From the NCBI GenBank assembly GCA_030390025.1, contig CM059425.1, positions 164,054,001 through 164,118,000 of the forward strand: 64,000 nt of DNA, given 5' to 3'. The position numbers were made by a program, and so were the translations under genes. The DNA comes from Squalus acanthias (Eukaryota). Of this stretch, positions 39,058-50,866 are shown in pieces. The notes beneath the pieces were generated by a model. It had not been told where the DNA came from. It saw nothing but the letters and a program-made list of their open reading frames with translations, and did not search any database. Each line of letters starts with the position of its first letter. Within the stretch, counting starts at the first letter, position 1.

Positions 39058-40364
39058 AATGTCTAAAATATTACTCTGGTCAATCCTACCAGAGGCCCAG
39101 GTCTATACGGCAAATTTATTAAACTGAATCGAGGAGCATTTTTTCCTCCTTTCTTATGAATAATAGGCAAAATGTTCCTGTAATTGATCCTGAGACATAT
39201 TGGATCACCTGAACAAGGCAAATAGGGGAAAATATGCAGTGAGGTTTGCATGCCCAGAAAGGAAAATTTTCTGTCCAATAATTCAAATGTTTGGAAAATT
39301 AGGCAGCCTCTATTATCATGTGTGATCCTACCCATTCAATATTTTTCTAAGCGCTGTGCTCAAGTGATCCAATACACCCAGATACAATAACAGGATGCCC
39401 TGATGTTTCCTTTAATTTATAACAGATGATATCTGGTGTATTTTTTTCCTGTCTTGGGAGTGGTCAAAGCACCAGTTGTACTGGTAAATGATCTGCTGTC
39501 AATTCCATCAATTTCCATTCATGGTTACAGAAATAACTATTGGGTTAACACTTCCATTAAAATGCCAGGCAGAGGAATTTCATACCAAGACATTAACACA
39601 TTTGTTACTAATTATGCGTAGCCCTTGCTATTGACTTCTTAAATTTCTGTGTTTCTTCTGAAGCCAAGTCTAAAGTCAAAAGCCAAAAAATGCTCATCTT
39701 TCATAAAACACATTCCAGAAATAAAATAGCACATGGATGTGGTATTTATGCTCCCAGCAAAGGTGAAATGAAGAATGGTCTCTTAAATTAGGTGAATTCT
39801 TTTAAATGACTGCAGCCAACCAGTCACACTACTTCCCCTTCCCCCAGGTAATTATATTATTCAATCAGTTACTGAGAAAAAGAGACAGGTTCACTGAAAC
39901 TCCATTGACCATAAATTAGGTCATGCGGTTTATCTCCTGTGCACAATAAGAAAACTTACAAAATGGCATTCACAATTTAGTTGGTTTTAAAGCATTTTTA
40001 TGTCTAAGAGGGAATTTTAAATCCCTTTGCCTGGCGGAAACAGAAGTTAACGTCCACTCACTTGCCACTCATTAACCACCTCGCAGCCATTTTCATGCTG
40101 CTGTTATCCTGGGCAATTGAGGTGCTTCCTGTCTGTCTCAAGAGGTAGTCTCATGATTACATGTAAATTAGGGTCCTATGTTGTACATAGGTTCCCCAAA
40201 GCTATTTTAAGAGCCTACTGGGTGGAACACCTGTCATGGGGCCTCCGCTCAGTACAACCTGGCAGGCAAGAGAAGGCATTTACAGGTCAGTGTAAAAGTT
40301 ATTTTTGTGGGGTCAGCAGGTGCAGGCAGTACCACTGGGGCAAAATGGGTGAAGTGCACGTCAT

Positions 40365-40597
40365 CTGAAACCAACCTTCAGCTACCTAGGCTCTAAGCTC
40401 TGGAATTCCTTCCCTAAACCTCTCCACCTTTCTACCTCTCGCCTCCTTTAAAACACTCCTTAAAACTTACCTCTTTACCTGTTCTAATATCTCTTTATGT
40501 GACTTGGTGTCAAATTTTCTTTGACGACGCTCCTGCGAAGTGTCTTGGGACATTTTACTATGTTAAAGGCGCTATATAAATGCAATTGTTGTTGTTG
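40365..40597 (+). mobile_element. L2-clade LINE 3' end
   Basis: ctctggaattccttcccta...aaaggcgctatataaatgcaa(ttg)n. Confidence 0.75.
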
Positions 40598-40793
40598 ATA
40601 AGATTTTCCTCATTTGCAGGTAAGGGGCATTGCAGTGTTGCAAACTAGGCCTTCCAATTAGATGCTGCCTGCAGATTCATAGGAAATTAGGAGGCGATGT
40701 CTGATCTTAAAGATATGTTGTGAGGTAGCTTGTTTGTATGTATTGTTGGAGCTTTGAAGGAGTTTTTGCTTTTTGTTATCTTTGGTGAGTTTT

Positions 40794-41522
40794 GGCCCAG
40801 AATTTGCGGTCAGCGGCAAAGCAAAGGCTTTTGCCGCTGGCCCCGAAGAAAGCTGCCCACAAAGATCTCGTGATCTCTATGGCAAGAAGTTTGTCTTTTT
40901 CAACGCGTAAGTGATTTCAATGTAATATAATGGGGTATCCCTAGAGCGCTCTGCTGTGATGTCAATAAGCTGTCTAAGCTTGACATCAACCTGAAATGTT
41001 AACTCTCTCTCCACAGATGCTGCCTGTCCTGCTGTGTATTTCCAGCATTTTCTGTCTTCTCAGAGGCCTTCCTTTACCATCCAAAGCTTTGCAAGTGTCC
41101 AGCAGCATGCCCTGCATTCTCTGCACACTTTAACAACTTTTTAAATGTATTGCACCAAAATATAAAAAATATTCGAAAGCTAAAATCCAAACTTACCTGA
41201 AAAATGTGCGTGTCCCTTCTAGAAGTGCTGACAGCGTCTCTGCAGCACACACGTTCTTCCATGTGTGATTTGGAGAGGGTGTTATGGCATGTGGCGATGT
41301 CAAAAATAGCAGTCATGCGTCAAATCAGGCGTTGCATGCCGATTGACGTCACGATCTGCTCATTTGAATTTGAAAGGCCAGCGCTGGCAATGGCAACACT
41401 ATGGACCTCACCAAAATGGCGGCGGCAGTGCCCCACACCGGAAGCAGGCGTAAGCGAGGCGGCCACCTTTTTGCAGAAAAACAGCGCAAACAGATGGCGG
41501 TAAGGTAGGGAATTTCTAAGCC
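40794..41522. mobile_element. Harbinger-derived element(s) with a Penelope tail fragment
   Basis: Terminus ggcccagaattt; 41057-41470 matches 3765-4160. Confidence 0.6.
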
Positions 41523-41782
41523 ATAGTCTCAGGATAAGTGGTCGGTCATTTAGGACTGAGATGAGGAGAAATCTCTTCACTCAGAGGGTTGTGGATGCTC
41601 AGTCGATGCGTATATTCAAGACTGTGATCGATAGATTTTTGCGCACTAAGGAAATTAAGGGATATGCGGATAGGGCAGGAAAGTGGATTTGATGTAGAAG
41701 TTCAGCCATGATCTTATTGAATGGCGGGGCAGGCTCGAGGGGCCATATGACCTACTTCTGCTCCTATTTCTTATGTTCTTAT
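41523..41782 (+). mobile_element. CR1 3' end
   Basis: ttcactcagagggttgtg...ttcttatgttcttat tail. Confidence 0.8.
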
Positions 41783-42267
41783 ATCCTCTATTACTAAGTA
41801 CAAGCATTACAGCAAGCAATTCAGTTATATTGCTTATTTTTTTATCCAAAAAATTACCATCTTAAAAATTATTCTCAATAAATATTTTTCCATTTCCATA
41901 CCAGCCAATCTTATAGCCTTTCTGATTGAGATTAATATTTTACTATCAATTGTTGCTGAATTATGAGCACTTTTTGTGCTGTGGACTTGCATTCACTGAG
42001 AACTGGGTTCAGACAATTCAAATTAATTTAATTTAAGATCCAAACAACCAGCAAAGAGGGATCTTCAACATCATTAGTCTTGGTTGGATTGAAATGGAGG
42101 TCTGAGAGATAAATGGACAGTTTCCAATCCACTGTGTCACATTTTTCTATTACTAGTCATTTTTAAAGTTAGGTAGTGATTATGTACATGAATCTGATCT
42201 TTTGGTGGCTATTAACAAGTATCAATAAAATAAAAACACTTCTTCTAGGTTATAGGAACAACAAATA

Positions 42268-43619
42268 TTCTGAGGGACAGTATAAATCGTTATTTAAAAA
42301 GGCACGGATTAATCAAGAACAGTCAGCATGGATTTGTTAAGGGAAGGTCATGTCTGGCTAAATTGATTGAATTTTTTGAGGAGGCAACAAGGAGGGTCGA
42401 TGAAGGTAGCGCGTTTGATGTAGTCTACATGGATTTTAGCAAGGATTTTGACAAGGTTCCACATGGCAGATTGGTCAGAAAAGTAAAAGCCCATGGGATC
42501 CAAGGGAAAGTGGCAAGTTGAATCCAAAATTGGCTCAGCGGCAGGAAGCAAAGTGTAATGGTCGACGGCTGTTTTGGTGACTGGAAGGCTGTTTCCAGTG
42601 GGGTTCTGCAGGGCTCAGTACCAGGTCCCTTGCTTTTTGTGGTATATATCAATGATTTGGACTTCAATGTAGGGGGCATGATTAAGAAGTTTGCAGATGA
42701 TACAAAAATTCACCATGTGGTTGATACTGAGGAAGAAAGCTGCAGACTGCAGGAAGATATCAATGGACTGGTCAGGTGGGCAGAAAAGTGGTAAATGGAA
42801 TTCAATCCAGAGAAGTGTGAGGTAATGCATTTGGGGAGTGCTAACCAGGCAAGGGAATACACAATAAATGGTAGGATATTGAGAGGTGTAGAGGAACAGA
42901 GGGACCTTGGAGTGCATGTCCACAGATCCCTGAAGGTAGCAGGGCAGGGCAGGTAGATAAGGCGGTTAAGAAGGCAATGGGGATACTTTCCTTTATTAGC
43001 CGAGGCATAGAATATAAGAGCAGGGAGGTTATGCTTGAACTGTATAAAACACTAGTTAGGCCACAGCTAGAGTACTGTGTACAGTTCTAGTCACCATATT
43101 ACAGGAACAATTTGATTGCATTAGAGAGGGTACAGAGGAGATTTACGAGGATGTTGCCAGGACTGGAGAATTTTAGCTATGAGGAAAGATTGGATAGGCT
43201 GGGGTTGTTTTCTTTGGAACAGAGGAGGCTGAGGGAGTCTTAATTGCGGTGTATAAAATTATGAGGGGCCTAGATAGTGTGGATAGGAAGGACCTATTTC
43301 CCTTGGCAGAGAGGTCGATAGCCAGGGAGCATAGATTTAAAGTAATTGGTAGAAGGATTAGAGGGGATTTGAGGAGAACTTTTTTCACCCAGAGGGTGGT
43401 GGGGGTCTGGAACTCACTGCCTGAAAGGGTGGTAGCGGCAGAAACCCTCATCGTATTTAAAAAGTACTTGGATATGCACTTGAAGTGCTGTAACCTACAA
43501 GGCTATGGACCAAGAGGTGGAAAGTGGGATTAGGCTGGATAGCTCTTTTTTGGCCGGCACAGACACAATGGAACGAATGGCCTCCTGCTGTGCCGTAAAT
43601 TTCTATGATTCTATGATTC
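42268..43619 (+). mobile_element. CR1 LINE, 5' truncated RT region
   Basis: SQHGFVKGRSCL, QGSVPGPLLF, KFADDTK, FFTQRVVGVWNSLP; (ttctatga)n tail. Confidence 0.93.
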
Positions 43620-43955
43620 GATGAAATATGAAGAACATCGATTGCTAATATGGGTCATGCCGAGTTAACAATTTAGTTGTATTCCTTTCTATAAAGAAAA
43701 GTTCAAACCGTTTGGGCCAAAATGTGCAGCTCTAGTTAAAATTAAATGGAATGGGTAGTCTGGAATATTATGTTGCTAAGCCTTTTACTTTCTCCTAACA
43801 TTTGGTTTATATACTATGGTTGTGTAATCTGAACTCTCTAGTATCAGGGTCACTGAACATTGAAGTTAAGAATTATTTACGGTAACATTTGAATATATAT
43901 TAATATTTCGTAACACTAAAATGAAAGGAAGCCGGAAAACAATGTAATTACCAAC

Positions 43956-44189
43956 CTGGATTCAAAAGTATTATCTTTAACAATGCATTGTTTCTTCTCT
44001 GGCACTCCCTTCCAGGTTTTAGGGTCTGCCATATCAACCAGTGCCTTGGCATTCAGCAACCCAAACCCAAATCTACTGTTCACCATCAGGCCAGCTCCAT
44101 TCTTTTTCCAGCCTAGGTTGTTGGCCAGTGGATCAAATTCTGAGGTCCAGACAATTAAATGTTGCAATTCCCTCCAAGTAAGATTTGGG
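43956..44189 (-). CDS. PCSK1: PCSK1 coding exon (exon 10 equivalent)
   Basis: [77 protein letters not shown](R); tttcaacag acceptor, gttggt donor; 234 bp, phase 2-2. Confidence 0.96.
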
Positions 44190-44612
44190 CTGTTGAAAAA
44201 GCAGCAACATAAATTGCTAATTATGTATTCAGTAATTTGCAGTAGTGAGACAGTTGAAATAACCATTATTATAACTGTAACTATAAACTTTTTGCCTGTT
44301 AATTCATTTTTATAAGTGTTACTGCTGATTCAGATGTCCCTTCCAGTCTCCAAAATCCCTCTCAGTCTTCCTTCTCTGTCCCTCATGGCCTTGTGATCCT
44401 GGCCCTGCCCATATCTAATCTCACAAATCAGAGGGTGCTGGAATAGCCCTTTCCCCAGTCCTGTTTCATGACTTTCTCTTTTTCTGTGACAAGCAGAAGA
44501 AGGAAGTTTCATGCTTTTCAGGGTAGGTGGAGAATTAGCTTTCAAGAGAGACAGAGAAAAAAGATAGAAAGCATAGGCTGTCAAGAGATTTTTGACGGGT
44601 TTCATAACAGCT

Positions 44613-45157
44613 GTCCTCCAATACTCCTATTTCCTCAACCGAGGATTCCCCTCTACCGTGGTTGACAGGGCCCTCGACCGTGTCCGTTCCATTTCCCGCA
44701 CTTCTGCTCTCACACCTTCCCCTCCCTCCCAGAATCACGATAGGGTTCCCCTTGTCCTCACCTTTCACCCCACCAGCCTCCACATTCAATGGATCATCCT
44801 CTGCCGTTTCCACCAACTCCAGCGTGATCCCACCACCAAACACATCTTCCCCTCCCCTTTCAGCATTCTGAAGGGATCGTTCCCTCTGAGACACCCTGGT
44901 CCATTCCTCAATCACCCCCCACACCCCCTCCCCTTCCCAAAGCACCTTCCCATGCAAGCACAGGAGATGCAACACCTACCCTTTTTACCTCCTCCCTTCC
45001 CACTGTCCAGGGCCCCAAACACCCCTTCCAGGTGAAACAGTGATTTACTTGAACTTCTTTCAATTTACTATACTGTATTCGCTGCTCACGATGCGGTTTC
45101 CTCTACATTGGGGAGACCAAACGCAGATTGGGTGATCGCTTTGCTGAACACCTCCGT
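44613..45157 (+). mobile_element. Penelope-like element fragment (RT thumb/linker + GIY-YIG endonuclease)
   Basis: FLNRGFPSTVVDRAL, VPLVLTFHP and NLLYCIRCSRCGFLYIGETKRRLGDRFAEHLR (45062-45157). Confidence 0.9.
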
Positions 45158-45285
45158 TTATTAGAATATATGGTATGTTATTATTAACATCAGTCACAAA
45201 TTAGTAAAATTCTGATGTTAACCTGTTAAAATGGTTTAGCAGACATAGTTATCCATATGAAAACTACAAGCAGACTAAAGGTTAA

Positions 45286-46014
45286 GGTGGAGAAATTCGG
45301 TACCATAGCACCTCCCATTAGCGCCTCCGGGGGGGCGCTACCGGCTTTGCGACCAGGCGCAGTGATAGTACCGACGCCCTGCAAAATTGACGTGGAGGTT
45401 TGCAGCAGTGGTATCCACTAGCGCCACGATCTCTTGTGCCCGGAGATCGTGACGTCATTGCCGTGCGCATCGCCCCGGTAGCGCTCCGGACCCAAACTTC
45501 GGTTCTGCCCCCTGCAGCATCGCCGGGTGACAACACCGACAGCTGCAGGAGACGTTGTTCTTGAGGTCGGGCAGTTTGGAGGCAAAAATAAAGGGATGTT
45601 GGCGCGGGTCGGAGAAAAATTTTAACAAGGCTTGAAGTGATTTTTTTCGATTACTCCTGGGCCGCGATCGATCAGCCCGGCACTCTGCTGGAGTGCATGC
45701 GGCTGATAGGGCCGGATTGCGGCAGCCGTCGAGGACCAGCTAACTTGCCCCAATGCAGAGCCTGCAGTGATGGCCCTTCCCTCGGATCGCGGCAGCACTG
45801 CACGGGACATTGTGCAGCGTTGCACCACTACCGTCTTGCCTACATCCTTTAGCGCGCCAGGAAGGAAGTGGAGCACTTGATTTAGCGTTCCACTTCCTTC
45901 CTGGAGTGCAAACACCGAATTTTGAAAAAGCTGGGAATCATTAGCACCTGGCGCTAAGTTTCCCAGCTTTCAAAAGTTAGCGCCCCAAATGGGGCGATAC
46001 TGAATTTCTCCCCC
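45286..46014. mobile_element. PIF/Harbinger MITE
   Basis: TIR ggtggagaaattc / gaatttctccccc; TAA TSD. Confidence 0.85.
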
Positions 46015-47030
46015 TAAGGATTTCCTGCTACCACAGTAAAATTAAATGTAATATAAGGAGCACCTCTAATCTATTGGCAAGTATATTTCATCTGATTATG
46101 ATTAGAAAGCAAGGATTACTATATGCTAACATTCTAAATCCAAATAAAATGGGTAAACATCAAATTGGTTATAATGAAATGTGACAATATATTAGTTGTA
46201 TGCACCATGATTCTAACTAAGGGGTCGATTTTATATGTTTTATTCTGCCACCAACACATTGTGAAGCACAATAATTTTGGATTGGTGCTCAAATATATTT
46301 CTTCTTAATGTTTCATCCCAGTTTGTAAATTCCACAATAATGTGGATTTCAGTGCAGTGCTGGGGGGTGGTAAATCTATTTTGACTGTGGTTTCATAGAG
46401 AAATGCTCCACATCTGGAATGTTTCCTTCAGTTTTCTGGACTTTTTCAGAAGTTATAAGTTTCAATGAGATCCCCTCTCATTCTTCTAAACTCTAGCGAA
46501 TATAAGCCTAATCGACCTAATCTCTCTTCATACGTCATTCCTGCCATCCCAGGTATCAGTCTGGTGAATCTTTGCTGCACTCCCTCCATGGCAAGAACAT
46601 CCTTTCTCAGATAAGGCAACCAAAACTGCACACAATACTCAAGGTGTGGTCTCACTAAGGCCCTGTACAACTGTAGCAAGACATCCTTGCTCCTGTACTC
46701 GAATCCTCTCGCTATGAAGGTCAACATACCATTTGCCTTCTTAACCGCCTGCTGCACCTGCATGCTTACCTTCAGCGACTGGTGCACAAGGACACCCAGG
46801 TCTCGTTGCACTTCCCCTTTTCCCAATCTATTGCCGTTCAGATAATAATCTGCCTTCTTGTTTTTGCCACCAGAGTGGATAACCTCGCATTTATCCACAT
46901 TATACTGCATCTGCCATGCATCTGCCCAATCACGCAACCTGTCCAAATCATACTGGAGTTTCTCTGCATCCTCCTCACAGCACACACGCCCACCCAGCTT
47001 TGTGTCGTCTGCAAACTTGGAGATATTACA

Positions 47031-47243
47031 AATAACAACAGAAAACGCTGGAAAAACTCAGCAGGCGAGGCAGCATCCATGGAGAGAGAAACAGAGTTAA
47101 CGTTTCAGGTCGAGACCTTTCGTCTCGACCTCAAACGTTAACTCTGTTTCTCTCTCCACGGATGCTGCCTCGCCTGCTGAGTTTTTCCAGCGTTTTCTGT
47201 TGTTATTTTGGATTTCCAGCATCTGCAGTATTTTGCTATCATA
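47031..47243. mobile_element. Penelope-derived inverted terminal-repeat insertion forming a long hairpin
   Basis: 14-bp TSD ttggagatattaca (47017-47030, 47244-47257); arms 47031-47116 and 47122-47207 with 2 mismatches. Confidence 0.85.
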
Positions 47244-47291
47244 TTGGAGATATTACATCTAGTTCCCTCGTCTAGATCATTAATATATGAT

Positions 47292-48054
47292 GGGCCAAAA
47301 ATTCGGCCCTTCCCGGGTGAGTACACAGTCCGTACTCAGCCGTAATGCGTCTCGAAGTGCCGGTTTCCTGCATGCACTGCGCATGCGCGGGAAACCGAAA
47401 CTTCCGGTATGGTGAAGGGGGCGGTTCCTAGGTGAACCGTGTGCGCGGTAGAGGCTGCGCGCACGCAGTAATCTTAGATTTTTTTTCAGGTTTCTATGCG
47501 AGGGTAAGTATTGAAGAAACTACGCTATTAAAAAGGAGGCGCAGGACCCGTTTTCAACAAGGTAAGTGGTTAATTAAGTACAATTTTAAAAATTTTTCAA
47601 CAGGTTTATCTTTTTTAGATACTTTAAAGAAAGGTAAGTTTATTTTTATCACTTTTAAAAGGTATTTTAATTTTTTCAAAAATTTAAATTTTTGTTTAAA
47701 GTGGTTAATTTATTTAACTATAGTTATTTTATAAATGTGATGGTTTTAAAAAAAATTTATTTGAAGTTTAGCTGTTCTTTTGGGGCTGATTTCAATTCAC
47801 AGATTTGACAGGTCTCCTGTCAAATCTATGAATGAAAGATGGTCTGCTGCCATTGGCTCTCCATGGCTCACATGATCCCAGGGGACGCATCGCACTAACT
47901 ACGCCCCTGGGACACGCACGCACTGCGCGCCGGCTCTATGAGCAGGACCAGGAGCTGAAGTTCCCGTGGGCCCAAAACACAACGGCAGGCGCGGTAGGTA
48001 AGAGCGCGCGCGATCCTTACCCCACGGCAAGCCGGAGAGGCGAATTTCTGGGCC
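47292..48054 (+). mobile_element. Harbinger-type MITE (family A)
   Basis: Same TIRs and body as 31834-32594. Confidence 0.9.
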
Positions 48055-49732
48055 ATTGTGAATAGCTGGGGTCCTAGCACCGATCCCTGCGGTACCCCAC
48101 TAGTCACTGCCTGCCACTCGTAAAAAGACCCATTTATTCCAACTCTTTGCTTCCTGTCTGCCAACCAGTTCTCTATCCAAGTCAGTACCTTACCCCCAAT
48201 CCCATGTGCATTAACTTTGCACGCTAATCTCTTATGCGGGACCTTATCGAATGCCTTCTGAAAGTCCAAATACACCACATCCACTGGTTCTCCCTTATCT
48301 ATTCTACCAGTTACATCCTCAAAAAATTCCAGTAGTTAGTCAAGCATGATTTACCTTTTGTAAATCCATGTTGACTTTGTCCGATCCTGTCACTGTTTTC
48401 CAAGTGCTCTGCTATTACATCTTTTATAATGGACTTTAGCATCTTCCCCACTACCGATGTCAGGCTTAGCGGTCTATAATTCCCCGTTTTCTCTCGACCA
48501 CCTTTTTTAAATAGTGGGGTTACATTAGCTACCCTCCAATCCATGGGAACTGTTCCAGACTCTATAGAATTTTGGAAGATGACCAGCAATGCATCTACTA
48601 TTTCTAGGGCCACTTCCTTAAGTACCCTAGGATGTAGATTATCAGGCCCTGGGGATTTATCGGCCTTCAATCCCGTCAATTTCCCGAACACCATTTCCCT
48701 ACAAATACTGATTTCATTCAATTCCTCCCTCTCATGAAGCATGCAACAGCAGTATGTGCATATGGTACACACACAGGAAACATTATATAATTAATATATG
48801 TACCTGGTGGTCCATGCACCCCTCTAACCTCCTGAGTACCAGTGCTTTCCAGAACCTCCTCACTGCTAACTATGCAATGCACTGCTCATGTGCTGTCAAA
48901 AATGTCACCTGAGATGGTTCACCATCTATTTCATTCCTTGCCCTTCCATTGAATGCGAATCTGTTCTTTAAATATAATAACAGTGTAAATTAACAAGAGA
49001 GGCTGATGTGTCACCTGGCGTTACATCCATTCATTTTGACTGTGTGACAATTCCCTTAATTCCCTTGCCTTACCTTGATGCAGTTTCTCTTTCTGGAGAT
49101 TGCTTCCTAAGTTCTCGCAGCCATCAACCGCAAAATGAACTACTTGGTGACAACTTTTTGGGTTACTTCCCCAGCCCAAAACATTCACTCTATTTCTAAA
49201 AAAAGCCGTTAATCAGGACTTAGCTGACTCAGACCATAATATAGACTTCCTGAATTTTTCTTGTGCCACTTTGAAAGGTTTTCATACTCCACTGCTGGAT
49301 GAATGAAATATTTGTCATTTATGGGGGCTAAGCGGCAACTTCACTGCTTGAAAAATTGGAAAGCAGCATCATTACAAGTGTATCATGATTTGCTGGTTTC
49401 CTTTTGTTCCCACGTACAGATTTGTATTACAGCAAAATAGCACACATCTGCCATTGTGATTTGGGTCTGTTAAAATCACTGTAATGTGGGAAATGAACCC
49501 TTTATTCATAAGAAAATATGTCCCAAGTATATACTTTCAAAACATTGAATACATTTTTCATATACCTGTACGATGAATCATATACGTGCCATACCACAAG
49601 CTTTGCTTGGAACCGCCCTTCATAGGGACAATACAGCAGTTTAAGAGTATTAAATGTGGCCTTTAAGATATGTCAAAGCTAATCAAGTTTTCCATTTTCA
49701 AAGGAACTATTCTACTCCAATTACTGACGTAC

Positions 49733-49833
49733 TTTTCTTCTAGAGCAAGAGCAATAATCCCTGCAGCCAGTGGGGCAGACGCTGAGGTACCAGTGTGAGT
49801 CTCGGTGCAGTCATTGTGAAGATCAGCACTTGT
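49733..49833 (-). CDS. PCSK1: PCSK1 coding exon (exon 9 equivalent), contains the catalytic Ser (GTSAS)
   Basis: [33 protein letters not shown](N); ttttcag acceptor, gtacgt donor; 101 bp. Confidence 0.96.
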
Positions 49834-50264
49834 CTGAAAAATGAAAAGAAACAGGATTGTCAAGATTGTTTTGTCAGCTGTGTAGAGACATATTACTAAT
49901 CCATGCTGCATTCTTAATAAATTCATGATATGCACATGCTGGGATATGTTCATATATTTATAAAGCTTGATTGGACTGTAAATTGTAAAACACTTTTTTT
50001 TCAAAAGTGTATTATTATTTATTTCTTAAACGCTCGTGGTGATTGACATTGTTTTGCAGGGACTGAGGTTTAAGCTCCAGCACGGTCAGGAGCAGGGAAA
50101 ACATTTTCTATGAGGTGGTCTGTAACAATGAGGCTCCACTGCATATTGGTTCTTCAATATTTTTATTAACACCAATGAACATTAGACAAATTGTGGTGTA
50201 AACTTGTTGATATTATTGTGCATCTTCTAAAATATAAATTTTCTATAAAATAAGGCAAACATAC

Positions 50265-50493
50265 TGACGTAAGAAAACTACTAGGCACTTGGTCTAAGCG
50301 TTAAACAAAGCTTTAATCAACTGTTTTTCAACATGGAGATCTAGTTGTGTCCTTCACTAGTTCCTGTTAAGCAATGTCCTGAGCAAGCTGGGCCCATGCC
50401 CGAGTATTTATACTCTCCCTGGACAGCGCCACCAGCAGGCCGCCCAGTATTACTTCATAAGTCATTTCCACATGAATGACAAGATTCATGTCA
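50265..50493 (-). mobile_element. Small solo LTR, 229 bp
   Basis: TGAC...GTCA termini; 5-bp TSD CATAC; minus-strand TATAAATA (50412-50405) and ATTAAA (50317-50312). Confidence 0.8.
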
Positions 50494-50866
50494 CATACAT
50501 TTATGTACAATTAATTTTGCTGAAATAGGTCAAATATTTAAAATGTTGGCGCTTGTTTGTAATGGGCGGTGAGTGCAGCTCAGGTGTTCCAGCTGCATTG
50601 TGGCCTCATGGGCCTCTTATAAATTAATTTTAAGCCCTCTGTGAGCCCAGTATTCTCGGACCATCTTATGAGGTGCTCGGGTGAGGAGTTGGCCTTGGGC
50701 TTCTGTGCTTGATAATATGGGGGCCGGCACACAATGCGTATCAGTGCAATGGGCATGACCATCGTGTTATCAACTCCCAGGAATGTGATATCATTACACT
50801 GCAAGTGATTCTTAAATAGCTTCACCTTAAGCTCTGAGAGTATCTATGGGGGGAATTTTAACCCAA

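Larger units (their letters stand above)
46446..48733 (-). mobile_element. CR1 LINE RT region with two nested insertions
   Basis: ORFs with SPGPDNLHP, VYLDFQKAFDKVPH, GVPQGSVLGP and LVRPHLEYCVQFW. Confidence 0.93.
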
